In this document: one piece after another, positions 41,495 to 56,827 of the stretch | How positions within the stretch are numbered: position 1 is the stretch's first letter | How the letters are laid out: the number at the start of each line of letters is the position of its first letter | Program-made: the position numbers and the translations under genes | Notes under the pieces: model-generated | Database searches by the model: none | Told to the model about the DNA's origin: nothing | What the model saw: only the letters and a program-made list of their open reading frames with translations | DNA from: Eledone cirrhosa | Taxonomy: Eukaryota | Direction: 5' to 3' | Assembly (NCBI GenBank): GCA_964016885.1 | Contig: OZ024750.1 | Coordinates: forward strand, 10,602,001-10,666,000 | DNA: 64,000 nt

Positions 41495-41566
41495 GGTGTC
41501 CCAAAAAGTATATACGCACTTCAACACCATTCTAATAAATATGTGTATGCAATTTTTGGGACACCT

Positions 41567-41568
<2 letters not shown>
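41492..41568. mobile_element. Tc1/mariner-type MITE, family E copy 1
   Basis: TA|CAGGGTGTCCCAAAAA...TTTTTGGGACACCTTG|TA within (TA)n. Confidence 0.8.
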
Positions 41569-41611
<43 letters not shown>

Positions 41612-41652
41612 ATTTTTATATATATATAATATATATATATATAATATATATA

Positions 41653-41736
<84 letters not shown>

Positions 41737-41814
41737 TGACATTTGCGCAGTCTAGCATTACCATGGCTTCTAAATCAGCATATATATATATATGTATATA
41801 TGTATGTGTGTATG

Positions 41815-41854
<40 letters not shown>

Positions 41855-41857
<3 letters not shown>

Positions 41858-42095
41858 AAAGGGACTTAACTATGATAGAAAGCATGGTGTCCAACCCTCT
41901 ACCGATACTGCCAATTCACCACCCTTAATAATTGTTTCTACTTTTGGCACAAGGCCAGCAATTATCCCAGTCCATTACTGGTACTTTATTTTATCGACCC
42001 CCTAAGGATAAAAAGCAAAGTTAACCTCGGCGGGATTTGAACTCAGACCATAAAGGGCCGTAACTCTTTGCTGCAAAGCACGGCGTCTCACCCTC
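41855..42095 (-). mobile_element. Family S SINE fragments (a head fragment plus a near-full copy)
   Basis: Match to the family consensus. Confidence 0.8.
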
Positions 42096-43097
42096 TGATT
42101 TCTTTATTTACCATAAGGGTTAACATCAAGAAAAACGTTATGGTAGCACAGGACGAAAACAGAGTGTGTGTATGCGTGTATGTGTGTATGTGTGTATGTG
42201 TATATGTGTGTGTGTGTATATGTGTGTGTGTGTATTGGTGTGTGTGTGTTTATTGGTGTGTGTGTGATGGTGTGTATGCGTATTTGTGTGTGTGTGTTGC
42301 TGTGTGTGTGTTAGTGTGTGTTTGTTGGTGTGTGGGTTTTGCGCGTAAACAAATTTATGTGACCTTATGTGAATCAAAGAATAACGTCTAGCATATAATA
42401 AAAATAATAAAATAATGAAATAAAATAAACTTATAATATTCCTGTGAACTAAATTTCAAAAAGTGTCGTGAATAAATTGGAAGAGAAAAAACTTAAAATA
42501 GAAGGAAAAAAAATGAAGAATTGACAAAAATGTTTGGACCAACAACAACAAGGACAACAACAATAATAACAAGAGCAAATTTTTCGATAAATAAACCATC
42601 AAAAGGTAACGACAAATCAAAGATCAATGGAAAAATAGGGGACAAAAATAAGCAAAGGCAGTAGTACAACAACAACAACTACAACAACAGCTATAACGAC
42701 AACTATAACATCAACAACATCAACAACACAAGTTATAACATCAACAGCTAGGACAACAACAGCTTCGACAACAACAACATCAACAACAACAGCTAGGACA
42801 ACAACAACAACAACAACAACTATAACAACAACAGCCATAACAACAAGAGTTCGACAACAACAACAATAACAACAAAGCAAGGATCAATAAATAATGGAAG
42901 CAGAAAAATAGAAAAAAAAGACACCAAAAACACCTACAAAGACATTCATTAGAGAAGGGGGGGGTGTTGTTTTTGCCGGCAGTGTTAATTTCCAGACGAT
43001 AGGTGTCATGTACTTACACAGACAGACAATCACACACATTCCTCTCTCCACACACATACATACACACACACGCAGTCACCCTCTCCCCACATATATA

Positions 43098-43186
43098 CAG
43101 GCTGCCCCCCCCAAAAAAAAAAAAATGTACACACATATTTATTAGAATGCTGATGAAGTATGTATACATTTTTTGGGGACATCCTG
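43098..43186. mobile_element. Tc1/mariner-type MITE, family E copy 2 (inverted, diverged)
   Basis: CAGGCTGCCCC...GGGGACATCCTG. Internal ACACATATTTATTAGAATG is the reverse complement of the copy 1 interior. Confidence 0.7.
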
Positions 43187-43229
43187 TGTACAAACAATAA
43201 AAACAATGTGAAACCTTGTTGTTTTGGTC

Positions 43230-43271
<42 letters not shown>

Positions 43272-43274
<3 letters not shown>

Positions 43275-43465
43275 CAAAGGAATTGTAGTAAGGAATCAGA
43301 TGGACCATAACGCACCAGAGTACTCAATACTTAGGGTAGTAGAGTGGGTAATAGGAAAAAGTATGACCCGACGACAGAGCTCAAGCCGTTTCGACGGCTA
43401 TTTCTGGACTAGAAATAGCCGTCGAAACGGGTTGAGCTCTGCCGTCGGGGTCATACTTTTTCCTA
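43272..43465 (-). mobile_element. Family A tail + fold-back element, copy 6
   Basis: Tail plus TAGGAAAAAGTATGACCC...GGGGTCATACTTTTTCCTA, in (TA)n. Confidence 0.9.
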
Positions 43466-43518
43466 TAGATATATATATATATATATTGTCCCCTCAATCT
43501 ATCTTATTTCTCATTCTT

Positions 43519-43554
43519 TCTTCTGATGAAGGACTAGCGTCTGAAACGTTAAGA
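43519..43554 (+). ncRNA. Minimal Penelope-type hammerhead ribozyme within a pLTR-like remnant (43487-43640)
   Basis: TCTT-CTGATGA-A-GGAC-TAGC-GTCT-GAAAC-GTT-AAGA: 4-bp stem I, 4-bp stem II and loopless palindromic stem III (AACGTT). A ~85-bp tail then ends in (CA)n. Confidence 0.75.
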
Positions 43555-43635
43555 CGTCTTCCTGCTATATCAAGCGTTAAGCTAATATATCCCTTCCATA
43601 TACTGTACCGATTGTGTTGTTAATTCTGTTTACCT

Positions 43636-43700
<65 letters not shown>

Positions 43701-43809
43701 TATATATATATAGTGTCCCGAAGAGATTGTTTTAGTAAAAAAGGAGGAAGCAGTAGAACGCTTTCGACATTCGTAGTTTGTAGTTACGATGGAGATTCAG
43801 CGTAATAAT

Positions 43810-43994
43810 TGTTTCTACGTTAGGCACAAGGGGAGCAAAACCCAGTGTATTACTGGTACTTTATTTTAACGACCCCGTAAGGATGAAAGGCAAAGTTAAC
43901 CTCAGCGGGATTTGAACTCAGAATGGCAAGGGCTGTAACTCTATGCATCAAAGCATGGCGTCCGACCCTCTACCAATACTGCGAATCCACCGCC
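43810..43994 (-). mobile_element. Full-length tRNA-derived SINE, family S, with 15-bp TSD
   Basis: ATTCAGCGTAATAAT at 43795-43809 and 43995-44009. The element 5' end reads GGCGGTGGATT on the minus strand. Confidence 0.92.
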
Positions 43995-44389
43995 ATTCAG
44001 CGTAATAATAACATTAATAAAGATGGTGATGTTACATAAATCGTTTATGTAACATCAGCATCTTTATTAATGTTATATATATATATAGTGGCGATGTATT
44101 TCTTTTGCAAGGCTTTTGATATGAAATCGTGTGTTGAAACAGATATTGTTACATACGGGGAGGATCATGTCTTAATATTGCCAGAAAAATATAGTAAAAC
44201 ACACTCACTGTGTGACCCATTGAGGTTCTCTGACTGCCTTGGAAGTAAAATTGTTATGGTTTATATCAAGAAGACTTAGACATCAAATAAAAAGGAAATA
44301 GTTCTCTATGTCGTTGCACCATAAGCAACGTTCCTAAATGTTGTACTGTATATGTCTAAGAATAGATAATTTCTTTTAGCCAGAATTTA

Positions 44390-44690
44390 AATGACCTCTG
44401 GGAGATCTTGCTTATCAGAAGCTGTAGTTTACAGAGCCAACCAGATGACATCCAGAGGAATTACACAGATCTAACGGCAAATGAATTCAAGAGTAAGTGC
44501 ACTCAGCATGTACACTCTTTTAAGTGCAGAGTCACAGAAACTTCTACACCTTATATCGTTTTATTTGGATTCTCAAACACCAAGTGTGCATAAAAAGCAA
44601 TAACATTCTCATGCTAGCTCCATATCATCTGATGGGGGTGAGTTACCTGTATATCTATCATTCATTAGAAACATGGATCTATATCCATTG
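44390..44690 (+). pseudogene. Decayed Penelope-like element GIY-YIG endonuclease domain
   Basis: Frameshifted translation PLG/SCLSEAVVYRA/PDDIQRNYTDLTANEFKSKCTQHVHSFK...ETST/LYRFIWILK...ILMLAPY fits the PLE endonuclease pattern CPL.G.CL...VVY.A...YIG.T...FK.R...H..SF...ST.LS.YIW.LK. Confidence 0.65.
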
Positions 44691-44901
44691 GAAAAGCTAT
44701 ATTGTATATATATATGTTTACTGTTAGTATATTATCCACGTATCATTCCGTTTAAGCTATATACATACATGTACCAAAGTACAAATACGCGTATATAAAA
44801 TTTATACGTATTCAAATGACGTTTTATGCATTTCTATTATATGTATTGATGCAAATTATGAATGGTGAAGTGTTTCCTCTGTACACACACAACTCAACAC
44901 A

Positions 44902-44949
<48 letters not shown>

Positions 44950-45048
44950 AATATATATATACATACATATATATATATATATATGCATATATATATATAT
45001 ATATATGCATACATATACATATATATATATATATATGCATACATATAC

Positions 45049-45104
<56 letters not shown>

Positions 45105-45218
45105 ATATATACATACATACATATATATATATGCATACATATACATATATATATATATATATACATACATACACACATATACATATATATATATATATAT
45201 ACATACATACACACATAT

Positions 45219-45285
<67 letters not shown>

Positions 45286-45677
45286 AACATACATACATCT
45301 AACACCGACAAAATGATCAAAATGAAATTTCATTTCATTACAAAAATGGTCTATTATTGAAAGTCTTTCCAACTCATCTTTAAAAAAAAAGTTCGCACGA
45401 AAAAATCAGCTTTAATATATATTTTTTTCTTTAAATTATTTCTTCCTCTCGTTTGTCTATTTTACACTGTAGCTACTCCTTTTCCCTAAAATCCTCTTAG
45501 AAAAGTATCCTTTAAATCTTTTGAAGTTTCTCTTTTGCTTGTTATTACTTGCTCTTTTATTAAAATAAGGGCTCACACTTGGTCCCTTCAATTCTATCAT
45601 TCTATTGTTCTCTCTTCTTCCACATTTTGCTTCTATTATTTCGTTCTTTTTCTTCAAATCCCTTTTTTTACTTCTAT

Positions 45678-45740
<63 letters not shown>

Positions 45741-45917
45741 CATATATATATATATATACATATATACATACATATACATATATATATACATATATACATA
45801 CATATACATATATATACATACATACATATATATATATATACATATATATACATATATATATACATATATATATACATACATATATATACACATATATATA
45901 TATACACATAAATATAC

Positions 45918-45948
<31 letters not shown>

Positions 45949-46025
45949 TATATATACACATATATACATATATATATATACACATATATATATACATACA
46001 TACATATATATATACACATATATAT

Positions 46026-46071
<46 letters not shown>

Positions 46072-46202
46072 ATATATACATATACATATATATATATATA
46101 CATATACATATACATATATATATATATACATATACATATATATATATATACATATACATATATATACACATATATATACATATATAATATATGTATATAT
46201 AC

Positions 46203-46258
<56 letters not shown>

Positions 46259-46459
46259 TATATATATATGTGTGTGTGTGTAGATATTTAAGTTGAACCA
46301 TTTATTTTTATTATTTGTTTTTCTATAAAGTTTAAATCGTCTGTTTTATATATGTATTATTTTTCTATTTTCTATATTTTGCAGTCATTTTAACTTTGGA
46401 TCGTCTAGAGTTTTTAGGTTCATATTAAATATGAATCTATCTATCTATCAGTCTATTTC

Positions 46460-46507
<48 letters not shown>

Positions 46508-46759
46508 CCTATCTGGATATCTGCCTCTTTATCTATCCATTCATACAACTATCTATCAAATCATATATGTATGTAAGCATGTATGTATATATGTATGTGT
46601 GTATGTATTTATCCGACACTGTTTTTTAATTGTCCTTTTATTGTTTACATACATACATACACACAGACTCACACATACATACACACAGACTCACACATAC
46701 ATACATACATACATACATACATACATACATACATACATACATACACACAGAGAAAGACT

Positions 46760-46905
<146 letters not shown>

Positions 46906-47565
46906 AACTTTTAAAAATAACGACAAAATTTTAAGTTCGTCTCATTTTTCTTCCTTACAAGTCTTTGATCTAATTCTGAAGAGAGGTTGCTTTCTTTAAC
47001 TTTGTTAAATTTTCGAATTCATTTGATGTAGTTACACGCTTTGCACCCACACAAAACTACACATCTACACATCCACATACATATCGTGTAGCATGTAGAC
47101 ACACACCATTCACTCTTACACACTGGCATATACACATATATGCTAGTACAATCCTACACTGAAACTCACGTCCATTAGATATAAGTACATACAGACATAC
47201 CTACATAGATGCCATATACACTTACATACTCACAAATATAATTTAATACACATATACTGCTACACAGATGCGTGAGCTAAAAATATGTATATTCTTTACA
47301 TACATACTTACATATATAATCACACATAGACATAAACATACACGCTTACACACACACATATAAATAAAGTTTATATATATATATATATTATATAAACTTT
47401 TGCGTTTATATATATATATAATATATATATATACATAGACATATACATATGCATAGGCGTATGCATATGTATATACATTTATATATATACATATATATAT
47501 ATAGACATATACATATGCATAGGGTTATAAATATATCTATATACATATATATATATATATATACG

Positions 47566-47610
<45 letters not shown>

Positions 47611-47670
47611 CGTATATATATATATATATATACGTATATATATATATATATACGTATATATATATATACG

Positions 47671-47712
<42 letters not shown>

Positions 47713-47870
47713 CGTATATATATATATATATATACGTAATATATATATATATATACGTATATATATATATATATACGTATATATATATATATATACGTAT
47801 ATATATATACATATATATATATATATACGTATATATATATATATATATACGTATATATATATATATATAC

Positions 47871-47908
<38 letters not shown>

Positions 47909-47930
47909 GTAATATATATATATATATACG

Positions 47931-48061
<131 letters not shown>

Positions 48062-48062
48062 C

Positions 48063-48096
<34 letters not shown>

Positions 48097-48127
48097 GTAT
48101 ATATATATACGTATATATATATATACG

Positions 48128-48159
<32 letters not shown>

Positions 48160-48670
48160 GATATACACTCTCACAACTACGTGTACGATAACATACTAAC
48201 ATAGACACCTCCATCTTTTGTTTGTCTTTCCCGTTTCTTCACATTTCTCGTCTGTCTTTCTTTCCTCCATTTTCTTTGTATCTCTCCACACTTTCTTCCT
48301 CTCTCTATTCCTTTGTTTCTTCTTTCTTCCTTCCTTCCTTCCTTCCTTTCACTTCTTTGATATAATCCCCTCCCCTCCCTTCACCTTTTTGTTCTCCTAA
48401 AGGTTTTGTTTCCTTCTCTAACTTTAATTTCTTCAGTATACATCAATTATAGGATTTACTAAGCTTCCATTTTATATCCTGTATTTATTGTTCTTCCCTG
48501 TCAATTCTCCTTTTCACCACCAGCGCCATCTTCATCACCACCGCCATCTTCATCACCACCACCATCACTATCATCATCATCACCATTCTTCTTCTTGTTC
48601 TTCTTTCTTTTTCTTTCATTCTATTTATTTCTACATATACATATATATAATATATATATATATACATACA

Positions 48671-48710
<40 letters not shown>

Positions 48711-48716
48711 CATACA

Positions 48717-48770
<54 letters not shown>

Positions 48771-48825
48771 CATATACATACATACATATACATATACATA
48801 CATACATATACATATGCATACATGC

Positions 48826-48858
<33 letters not shown>

Positions 48859-48991
48859 TATGTATATATACACATATATATATATATATATATATACATA
48901 TATATATGTATATATACACATATATACATATACATATATATATACACACATATATACATATATAAACACACACACACACACATATATATAT

Positions 48992-49087
<96 letters not shown>

Positions 49088-49467
49088 TCTCTTGGATACG
49101 CATTTTAATGTTCGTTCCTTTTGAACTCCACACCCCACCCTCCACCACCCACCCTCCACACCCCACCCTCCACACCCCACCCTCCACCAACCGTATTTCT
49201 TCTCTTCCGCCTTCTGTACTATCCATACTAAGCAACTTTCACCTACCTAGAGCTGCTACCAGTAATACTAGTAATAGTAGTAGTAGTAGTAGTAGTACTA
49301 GTAGTAGTAGTAGTAGTAGTAGTAACAATAGTAATAACAGTAGTAGTAGTAGTAACAGTAGTAACCGTAGTAGTAGTAGGTAGTAGTAACAGTAGTCACT
49401 ACTACCACCAATATAGCAATAGAACAAAAGTAGGTAGTGATAGTGGTAGTAGTAGTAGTAGTAGTAA

Positions 49468-49506
<39 letters not shown>

Positions 49507-49760
49507 AAGTAGTAGTTTGAAGCCATTTACCAAAGTGATATAATAACAATGTCGGGGCGTCATGCTTTGCGGTAGCTGTTCCCGCCCAGGAAGCTGAGAT
49601 TGTGATAAATAGCTGAACGTCTTAATCCCACCCACTCCTGCTATAGCTCAATCAACTAAACTACGTAGATCAAGGAAAAATGAAAAATGAACTCTTTACA
49701 ATATCTGATATCTTTTAGTTTGACCCCTCTCTCTTTTGTTTCTTTATATGTATGTATGGA

Positions 49761-49804
<44 letters not shown>

Positions 49805-49846
49805 CGTGTGTATAAATATATATATATGTATGTATGTATGTATATA

Positions 49847-49891
<45 letters not shown>

Positions 49892-49900
49892 ATAAATATA

Positions 49901-49931
<31 letters not shown>

Positions 49932-49948
49932 GTCTGTGTATAAATATA

Positions 49949-50019
<71 letters not shown>

Positions 50020-50133
50020 GTATATATATGTATATATATATAATGTATATATATATGTATATATATATATATGTATATGTATATATGTATATATATATAT
50101 AATGTATATATATATATATTGTATATATATATG

Positions 50134-50180
<47 letters not shown>

Positions 50181-50191
50181 GTATATATATG

Positions 50192-50243
<52 letters not shown>

Positions 50244-50820
50244 CATGTATATATATATGTATATATATATGTATATATATAAATATATATATACACATAT
50301 ATTATATATATCACACACATATATATATATATATATACACATATATATGCATATACACATACACATACATATATATATATATAAATATATATACATATAT
50401 ACATATATATACACATATACATATACACACACACACATATATATATATATATACGAACACACATATATATACACACAGACACACATATATATATGCATAT
50501 ATATATATATATATATGAAGAGAGAGAGTGAGAGAGAAATTATTATTATTATTATTATTATTGATCTTAATATCTTTTCTCTATCAATTGATTGTTTTAG
50601 TCTTTTTTTTTTTACATATCTTTACATATCTTTATATATTATATATTTATTATCTTTGCTGATTTTTGTTCAATAAATTTTAAAATCTTCCGATTTCTTC
50701 CCTTTTATATATTTCTATTCTATTTTTATTCTATTCTTTTATATATTTCTATTCCATTTTTTTCTTCCTTTCTTTTAAACATCATTTTGAACACACGTCC
50801 TTTTCTTTATATTCTTCGTG

Positions 50821-50866
<46 letters not shown>

Positions 50867-51199
50867 GTACATATGGTGGCTGCCAACTCGTTTTCGAGTA
50901 CGGCCACTACTTTATATCCATGTAAGAGAACCCCTACCGATACGCTGAACAAGTGTGACTTTTTAGTCCAGCCAACGACTTGAAAACTGGTAAAAACACT
51001 ACACTTGTGACAATTATTGACACAGTGCTGGGCCCATGGTACCATGTGACGACAAGTGCAGAGAGATCTCCAGATATAAAGCAATGCCTGTGCCGTGAAG
51101 CTTTTATAGTGAGCAAAGGCACTGCACAAAGCCAGTCCCACTCTCTTAACCAAGATGATATTTACCAAAAAGAAGAACAAGTCAACATCATTGGATACC

Positions 51200-51480
51200 A
51201 TCAGGGTTGCAGGTGTTATATCAGAGTTTTCCTTCTCCTAGAATTCTGCCTTGACAAAGGCTAAGGGGTCATCTCTCCCGGTGATTTTGGATGGCCATTG
51301 ACTCTTAAGAGCTCCTTTTCCCTTTGACAGGTTTTGTTTTTAGTCCTGAAGGATGTCCAAAGTCACCCTCCTCACCAAGAAACCTTGGTGGGGTTGCCAG
51401 TTTAGTCGCCAACGACCCGACCATGAGACAGGTTGTACTGGGATACATGTTACCAGTAGCACCAACTGGTGACCTGACAT
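51200..51480 (+). mobile_element. Possible RTE-type LINE 5'UTR-derived repeat
   Basis: TTTTCCTTCTCCTAG...TGCCTTGAC.AAGGCTAAG and GGGTTGCCAGTTTAGTCGCC...CGAC resemble RTE 5' UTR sequences. From recall, not searched. Confidence 0.35.
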
Positions 51481-51488
51481 AATATATA

Positions 51489-51550
<62 letters not shown>

Positions 51551-51726
51551 ATATTATTATATTTTCATGAAATCTCTATTGTTGGTGTTGTTTTCTTCTT
51601 CGTCTTTTTCTTGTTGAAGTCTTATTTCTATGACAGTCTTATAGTCCATCTTATTTCTATGATAGTCTTATAGTGCTTTCTTTTTTACTCTTGCTATCTC
51701 CAACTTAAATTCCATCTTCCCTACAA

Positions 51727-51901
51727 CAGTGAAATTCCGTTATAACGAAATTCTCGGGGCATAAAAAAAATTCGTTGTAACGAAAAATTCTTTCTAACAT
51801 GTTCGACCTAACACATCGAGCGTGTTCCGGGGAATGAAAAAGAATTTCGTTATACTAAAAAAATTGTTATAATGGTATTCTTTATAACGGAATTTTACCT
51901 G
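51727..51901. mobile_element. pogo/Tigger-type MITE
   Basis: TIRs CAGTGAAATTCCGTTATAA / TTATAACGGAATTTTACCTG|TA with internal TTCGTT(A/G)TA subrepeats. Confidence 0.7.
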
Positions 51902-51964
51902 TATATATCTCTCTCTCGCTTTCTTTAAATGTCTTTCTACATTATACACGTATGAAACACACAC

Positions 51965-51997
<33 letters not shown>

Positions 51998-51999
<2 letters not shown>

Positions 52000-52197
52000 G
52001 GAAAAGAGTCAGGACCCCGACGGCTGAGCTCCGGCTGTTTCGACAGCTAGATCCGAACCGTTCAAATCGAGCTGTCGAAAGGGCTGGAGCTGAGCCGTCG
52101 GGGTCCTGACTCTTTTCCTATTATCCACACTACTATCCTAAGTATGGAGTACTCTGGTGCGTTATGGTCCACCTGGTTCCTCACCACACTTCCTTCG

Positions 52198-52200
<3 letters not shown>
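51998..52200 (+). mobile_element. Family A tail + fold-back element, copy 7
   Basis: TAGGAAAAGAGTCAGGACCCC...GGGGTCCTGACTCTTTTCCTA plus tail, in (TA)n. Confidence 0.9.
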
Positions 52201-52232
<32 letters not shown>

Positions 52233-52612
52233 CACATACACACGCCGTTGGGAGCACACATATACACCGATGCAGCAGAAATTTTTACATTTATTCAGCA
52301 TTGTTTCTTTTTATTTCAGCCTTTCTGACTTTTTTCCCAGTTATTTTCTATTGACCTTGTTGTAAAGGTTGTTGCTGTCACTCACCCACTCTCATTCAGC
52401 CCACCTCTTAATTCTTCATTTGTTTCATTTACCCCAGTGTCCTGTTGTATACACTTCTTACTAAGACTACACAACACAATGCCTCACAGTTGGATCCAAT
52501 TCTTACCGTGTCTCCACACCATGTGTCAAGATGAAGTCTATTACAATAAATATTCTTGGCCACGGTCATTCAATTAATCAGAAACATTAATTTAATTTCA
52601 TATAAGGAAATC

Positions 52613-52716
<104 letters not shown>

Positions 52717-52764
52717 TATATATATAATATATATATATATATAATATATATATATATATATAAT

Positions 52765-52798
<34 letters not shown>

Positions 52799-52838
52799 AT
52801 ATATATATATATATAATATATATATATATATAATATAT

Positions 52839-52881
<43 letters not shown>

Positions 52882-52933
52882 AAAAAAATTATATATATAT
52901 ATATATGTATACATATATATATATATATAGGAA

Positions 52934-52976
<43 letters not shown>

Positions 52977-53016
52977 TATATATAAGAAAAAAATATATAT
53001 ATATACACACACATAG

Positions 53017-53135
53017 TGTGTGGCTGAGTGGTTAGAGAATTGGATTCGCAATCGTGAGGTTGTGAGTTCGATTTCTGGACCGAGTGGTGCCTTGAGCAAG
53101 ACTTTTTATTCCATGTTGCTCCTTCTACCTGGAGT
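53017..53135 (+). mobile_element. Second tRNA-derived SINE family (CORE-like), head region
   Basis: A box TGGCTGAGTGG, B box GAGTTCGATTTC, then GTGCCTTGAGCAAGAC...TTGCTCC. Confidence 0.7.
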
Positions 53136-53836
53136 TGCGACCGATAGATAGTATTAGCAATTGGAAATACCAACGGAAACATTGTTTCCTTGGTCCGATT
53201 TGACGAAAGTCAATTGTATATAAAGTTGTAGTTTTTGTTTGTTCACTATCTCCTCCTATGGTTTTGGAGATACCCCCCCCCCCCCCATAACCATATATAT
53301 TCTGAAACTACCTTGCCCAGGGTACTTATATAAGTATATTTCATTTTAATCAAAGGGTTCTCCGGGGGCACAAACCCCCGCTGAAAAGATATGATGCCTA
53401 TTCACAAAAGTTTTGAATTGATATTTTCAAAAAAATTATTTACAAGGAACAAAATAAGAATAAGATTTAATAATGTAATTTTGATTTGATATATTACAAA
53501 ATAATAATGTTTTCCAATTTTTCATGCATTACATTTTACATTGAGTAATTTTGAAATGCAGAGTTTTTCTCCATAAATGATATCACTGATTTAAAATCAA
53601 TCATCATTTTCTTACAAACAAAGAAATGTGTGAAACGCAATGTGTGAAATGTGTGAATTCGGCTAGTATATATATTTGACTTTATACCTTTATAATCTGA
53701 AAGATAACAGTTGTGTTTCGACTTGCAATTTTTAAAAGGTAGAAAAACGAACATTTTTGCCATTGATTATATTCCTCATGTAAAGAAGTAACAAAGGTGT
53801 TATTGAAGTTAAAATCAAAATGTTTATATGTACACA

Positions 53837-53906
<70 letters not shown>

Positions 53907-53965
53907 ATCAATGTTATCTCTATTAATTGAATACAAAATGGTATTCATAAAGCTAACTAAAATTT

Positions 53966-54026
<61 letters not shown>

Positions 54027-54086
54027 CACCACCACCACTACAAATTATAATAATAATCATAACAATAGCTCTTCTTATTCTTCTTT

Positions 54087-54133
<47 letters not shown>

Positions 54134-54557
54134 GTTGTTGTTATTATCTTCGTCATTATTACAACATCATTATAACTATCCATAATAGTATTTATTCCCT
54201 TCTTTTTTGATTTCCTGTGTTCAATACAGTAGATTTTATAGATTATCCCAAATTTACTTCGTAAATCTATTTGTTGATGTGAATGCATTTTGAAAAATGT
54301 CAACAAAAAAAATATTACCCCTCTTTATTTTGAAATATTATTTCATTATTTTATTTTATTTTATTTTATTTTATTTCTTTTAATTCAAAGAATGAATACA
54401 TTTCTTGCATTCTTTGTAAGTCTTTTACGATAGATTTCACATTATTATTATTATTTAACGTCGAAAGATGTCTGCATTTCACCAAGATATTCTCTCATTG
54501 TGAATATTTTAGAGCGACTCCAGTAAACAATAAACCATTTTGGTTTGATCTTCGTCG

Positions 54558-54664
<107 letters not shown>

Positions 54665-54668
54665 AATA

Positions 54669-54702
<34 letters not shown>

Positions 54703-54706
54703 AATA

Positions 54707-54738
<32 letters not shown>

Positions 54739-54742
54739 AATA

Positions 54743-54780
<38 letters not shown>

Positions 54781-54785
54781 AGAAT

Positions 54786-54818
<33 letters not shown>

Positions 54819-54821
54819 AGA

Positions 54822-54852
<31 letters not shown>

Positions 54853-54855
54853 AGA

Positions 54856-54886
<31 letters not shown>

Positions 54887-54919
54887 AGAATATATATATA
54901 AATATATATATATATAAAT

Positions 54920-54992
<73 letters not shown>

Positions 54993-55065
54993 AATATATA
55001 TATAAATATATATATAAATATATATATAAATATATATATAAATATATATATAAATATATTTATAA

Positions 55066-55114
<49 letters not shown>

Positions 55115-55369
55115 TGTGTGTGTGTGTGTGTCTATGTGTGAGTGTGGTGTACGCATTACTACGAAACCAAAAGGAAAGATCTTTTCTATTTTACTTGTAA
55201 CCTGTTCTATGTCTCAAAGTTACGCCTATTCTTTTTAACAATATTTTTTCAACCTTTTTCTCATAGAATTTTTATAAAATTATCTTAAAAACTTCCAATA
55301 TGTTTCTTCTTTCTTTCCTTCCTTTCTTTCGTTCTTTTTTTCTTACTTTCTCTTCATTCAGTAGTGCTG

Positions 55370-56015
55370 CCAGAACAACACCGTCGCCAGCATCCTTAAC
55401 GACATCAACGGCAGCAACAACAACAACGGCAGCAACAACAGCAAACCTATCACCAGCACCAACACCATCACCAGCACCATTAACAACAACAACGGCAGCA
55501 ACAACAAAACTATCACCAACACCATCACCATCACCAGCACCATTAACAACAACAACAACAACGGCAGCAACAACAACAAAACTATCACCAACACCAACAC
55601 CAACACCATCACCAGCACCATTAACAACAATAACCACGACAGCACCCATATCAACAACAACAACAACAACAACGACGACAGCACCCATATCAACAACAAC
55701 GACAGCAACAACAACAAAACCATCGCCAGCACCAATAACAACAACAATAACACCACCACCACCACCACCACCACCACTACCACCACCACCACCACCACCA
55801 CCACTACCACCAACAACACCATCGCCAGCACCATTAACAACAAAAGCAGAAACAACAACAAAACCATCGCCAGCACCAATAACAACAACAACAACAACAG
55901 CACCAACACCATCGCCAGCACCACCAGCACCACCAGCACCACCACCACCACCATCACCACCACCACCACCAACACCAGCACCATTAACAATAACAACAAC
56001 AACAACAACAGCAGT
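55370..56015. repeat. (CAA/CCA/GCA) minisatellite
   Basis: Recurring CATCACCAGCACCATTAACAACAAC units. Confidence 0.8.
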
Positions 56016-56175
56016 AATGACTGAATATTCTGAAAAGCTATCAAGATGGACGCGTGACATAGTCACAATGATGCCCGTTTAATTTCAAATGTAAACAAAA
56101 TATGTTGTATATTTTCTAACACATTAACTCTTTTTCATTTTGACAAAACAAAAAAGAATAAATAATCAAAATAAA

Positions 56176-56253
<78 letters not shown>

Positions 56254-56537
56254 GTTTCTACTTTTGGCACAAGGCCAGCAATTACCCAGTACATTTCTGA
56301 ATGTCTGATCGTTTTGGTTTTTATATTTTATATAAAATATTTTATTGAGGAGATGGGAAGAAGATGGTTCTTGAAAAGACTTTGGAAGACTGTTGTTAAG
56401 TTAAAAGTTTTGTCGTCAATCACAATTTGATGTCAAATGTAAAGTCGTTGGTATTTTTCTTGTTTTTAATCCGTGTGGAAGAACGTGGTCTAGTTGTTAA
56501 GGTGTCGGTGATACGATCGTCGTCAGGTCATGGCAAA

Positions 56538-56596
<59 letters not shown>

Positions 56597-56784
56597 ATAT
56601 AAGATCAAAAGATGGTTAAAGGAGTACCATGTATTTTATTATGCGCATTTCAAAAACAAACATCATCATGCAATAATATTTGTGTTTTCATCAGATAAAA
56701 CAGGAGGACATGATATGAAGGCTAAAAAACACTTGTGGATAGTGCAGTTTTAAATCAACATGTACTACAATAAAACTCACCTCC

Positions 56785-56824
<40 letters not shown>

Positions 56825-56827
<3 letters not shown>

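Noticed and set aside
55300-56082. 260-aa T/P/A-rich mucin-like ORF with a hydrophobic N-terminus
   Set aside because: It is a trinucleotide minisatellite with overlapping ORFs on the opposite strand. The 'signal peptide' is a (CTTT)n tract. An exon cannot be fully excluded (TTCAG near 55361), but there is no support for one.
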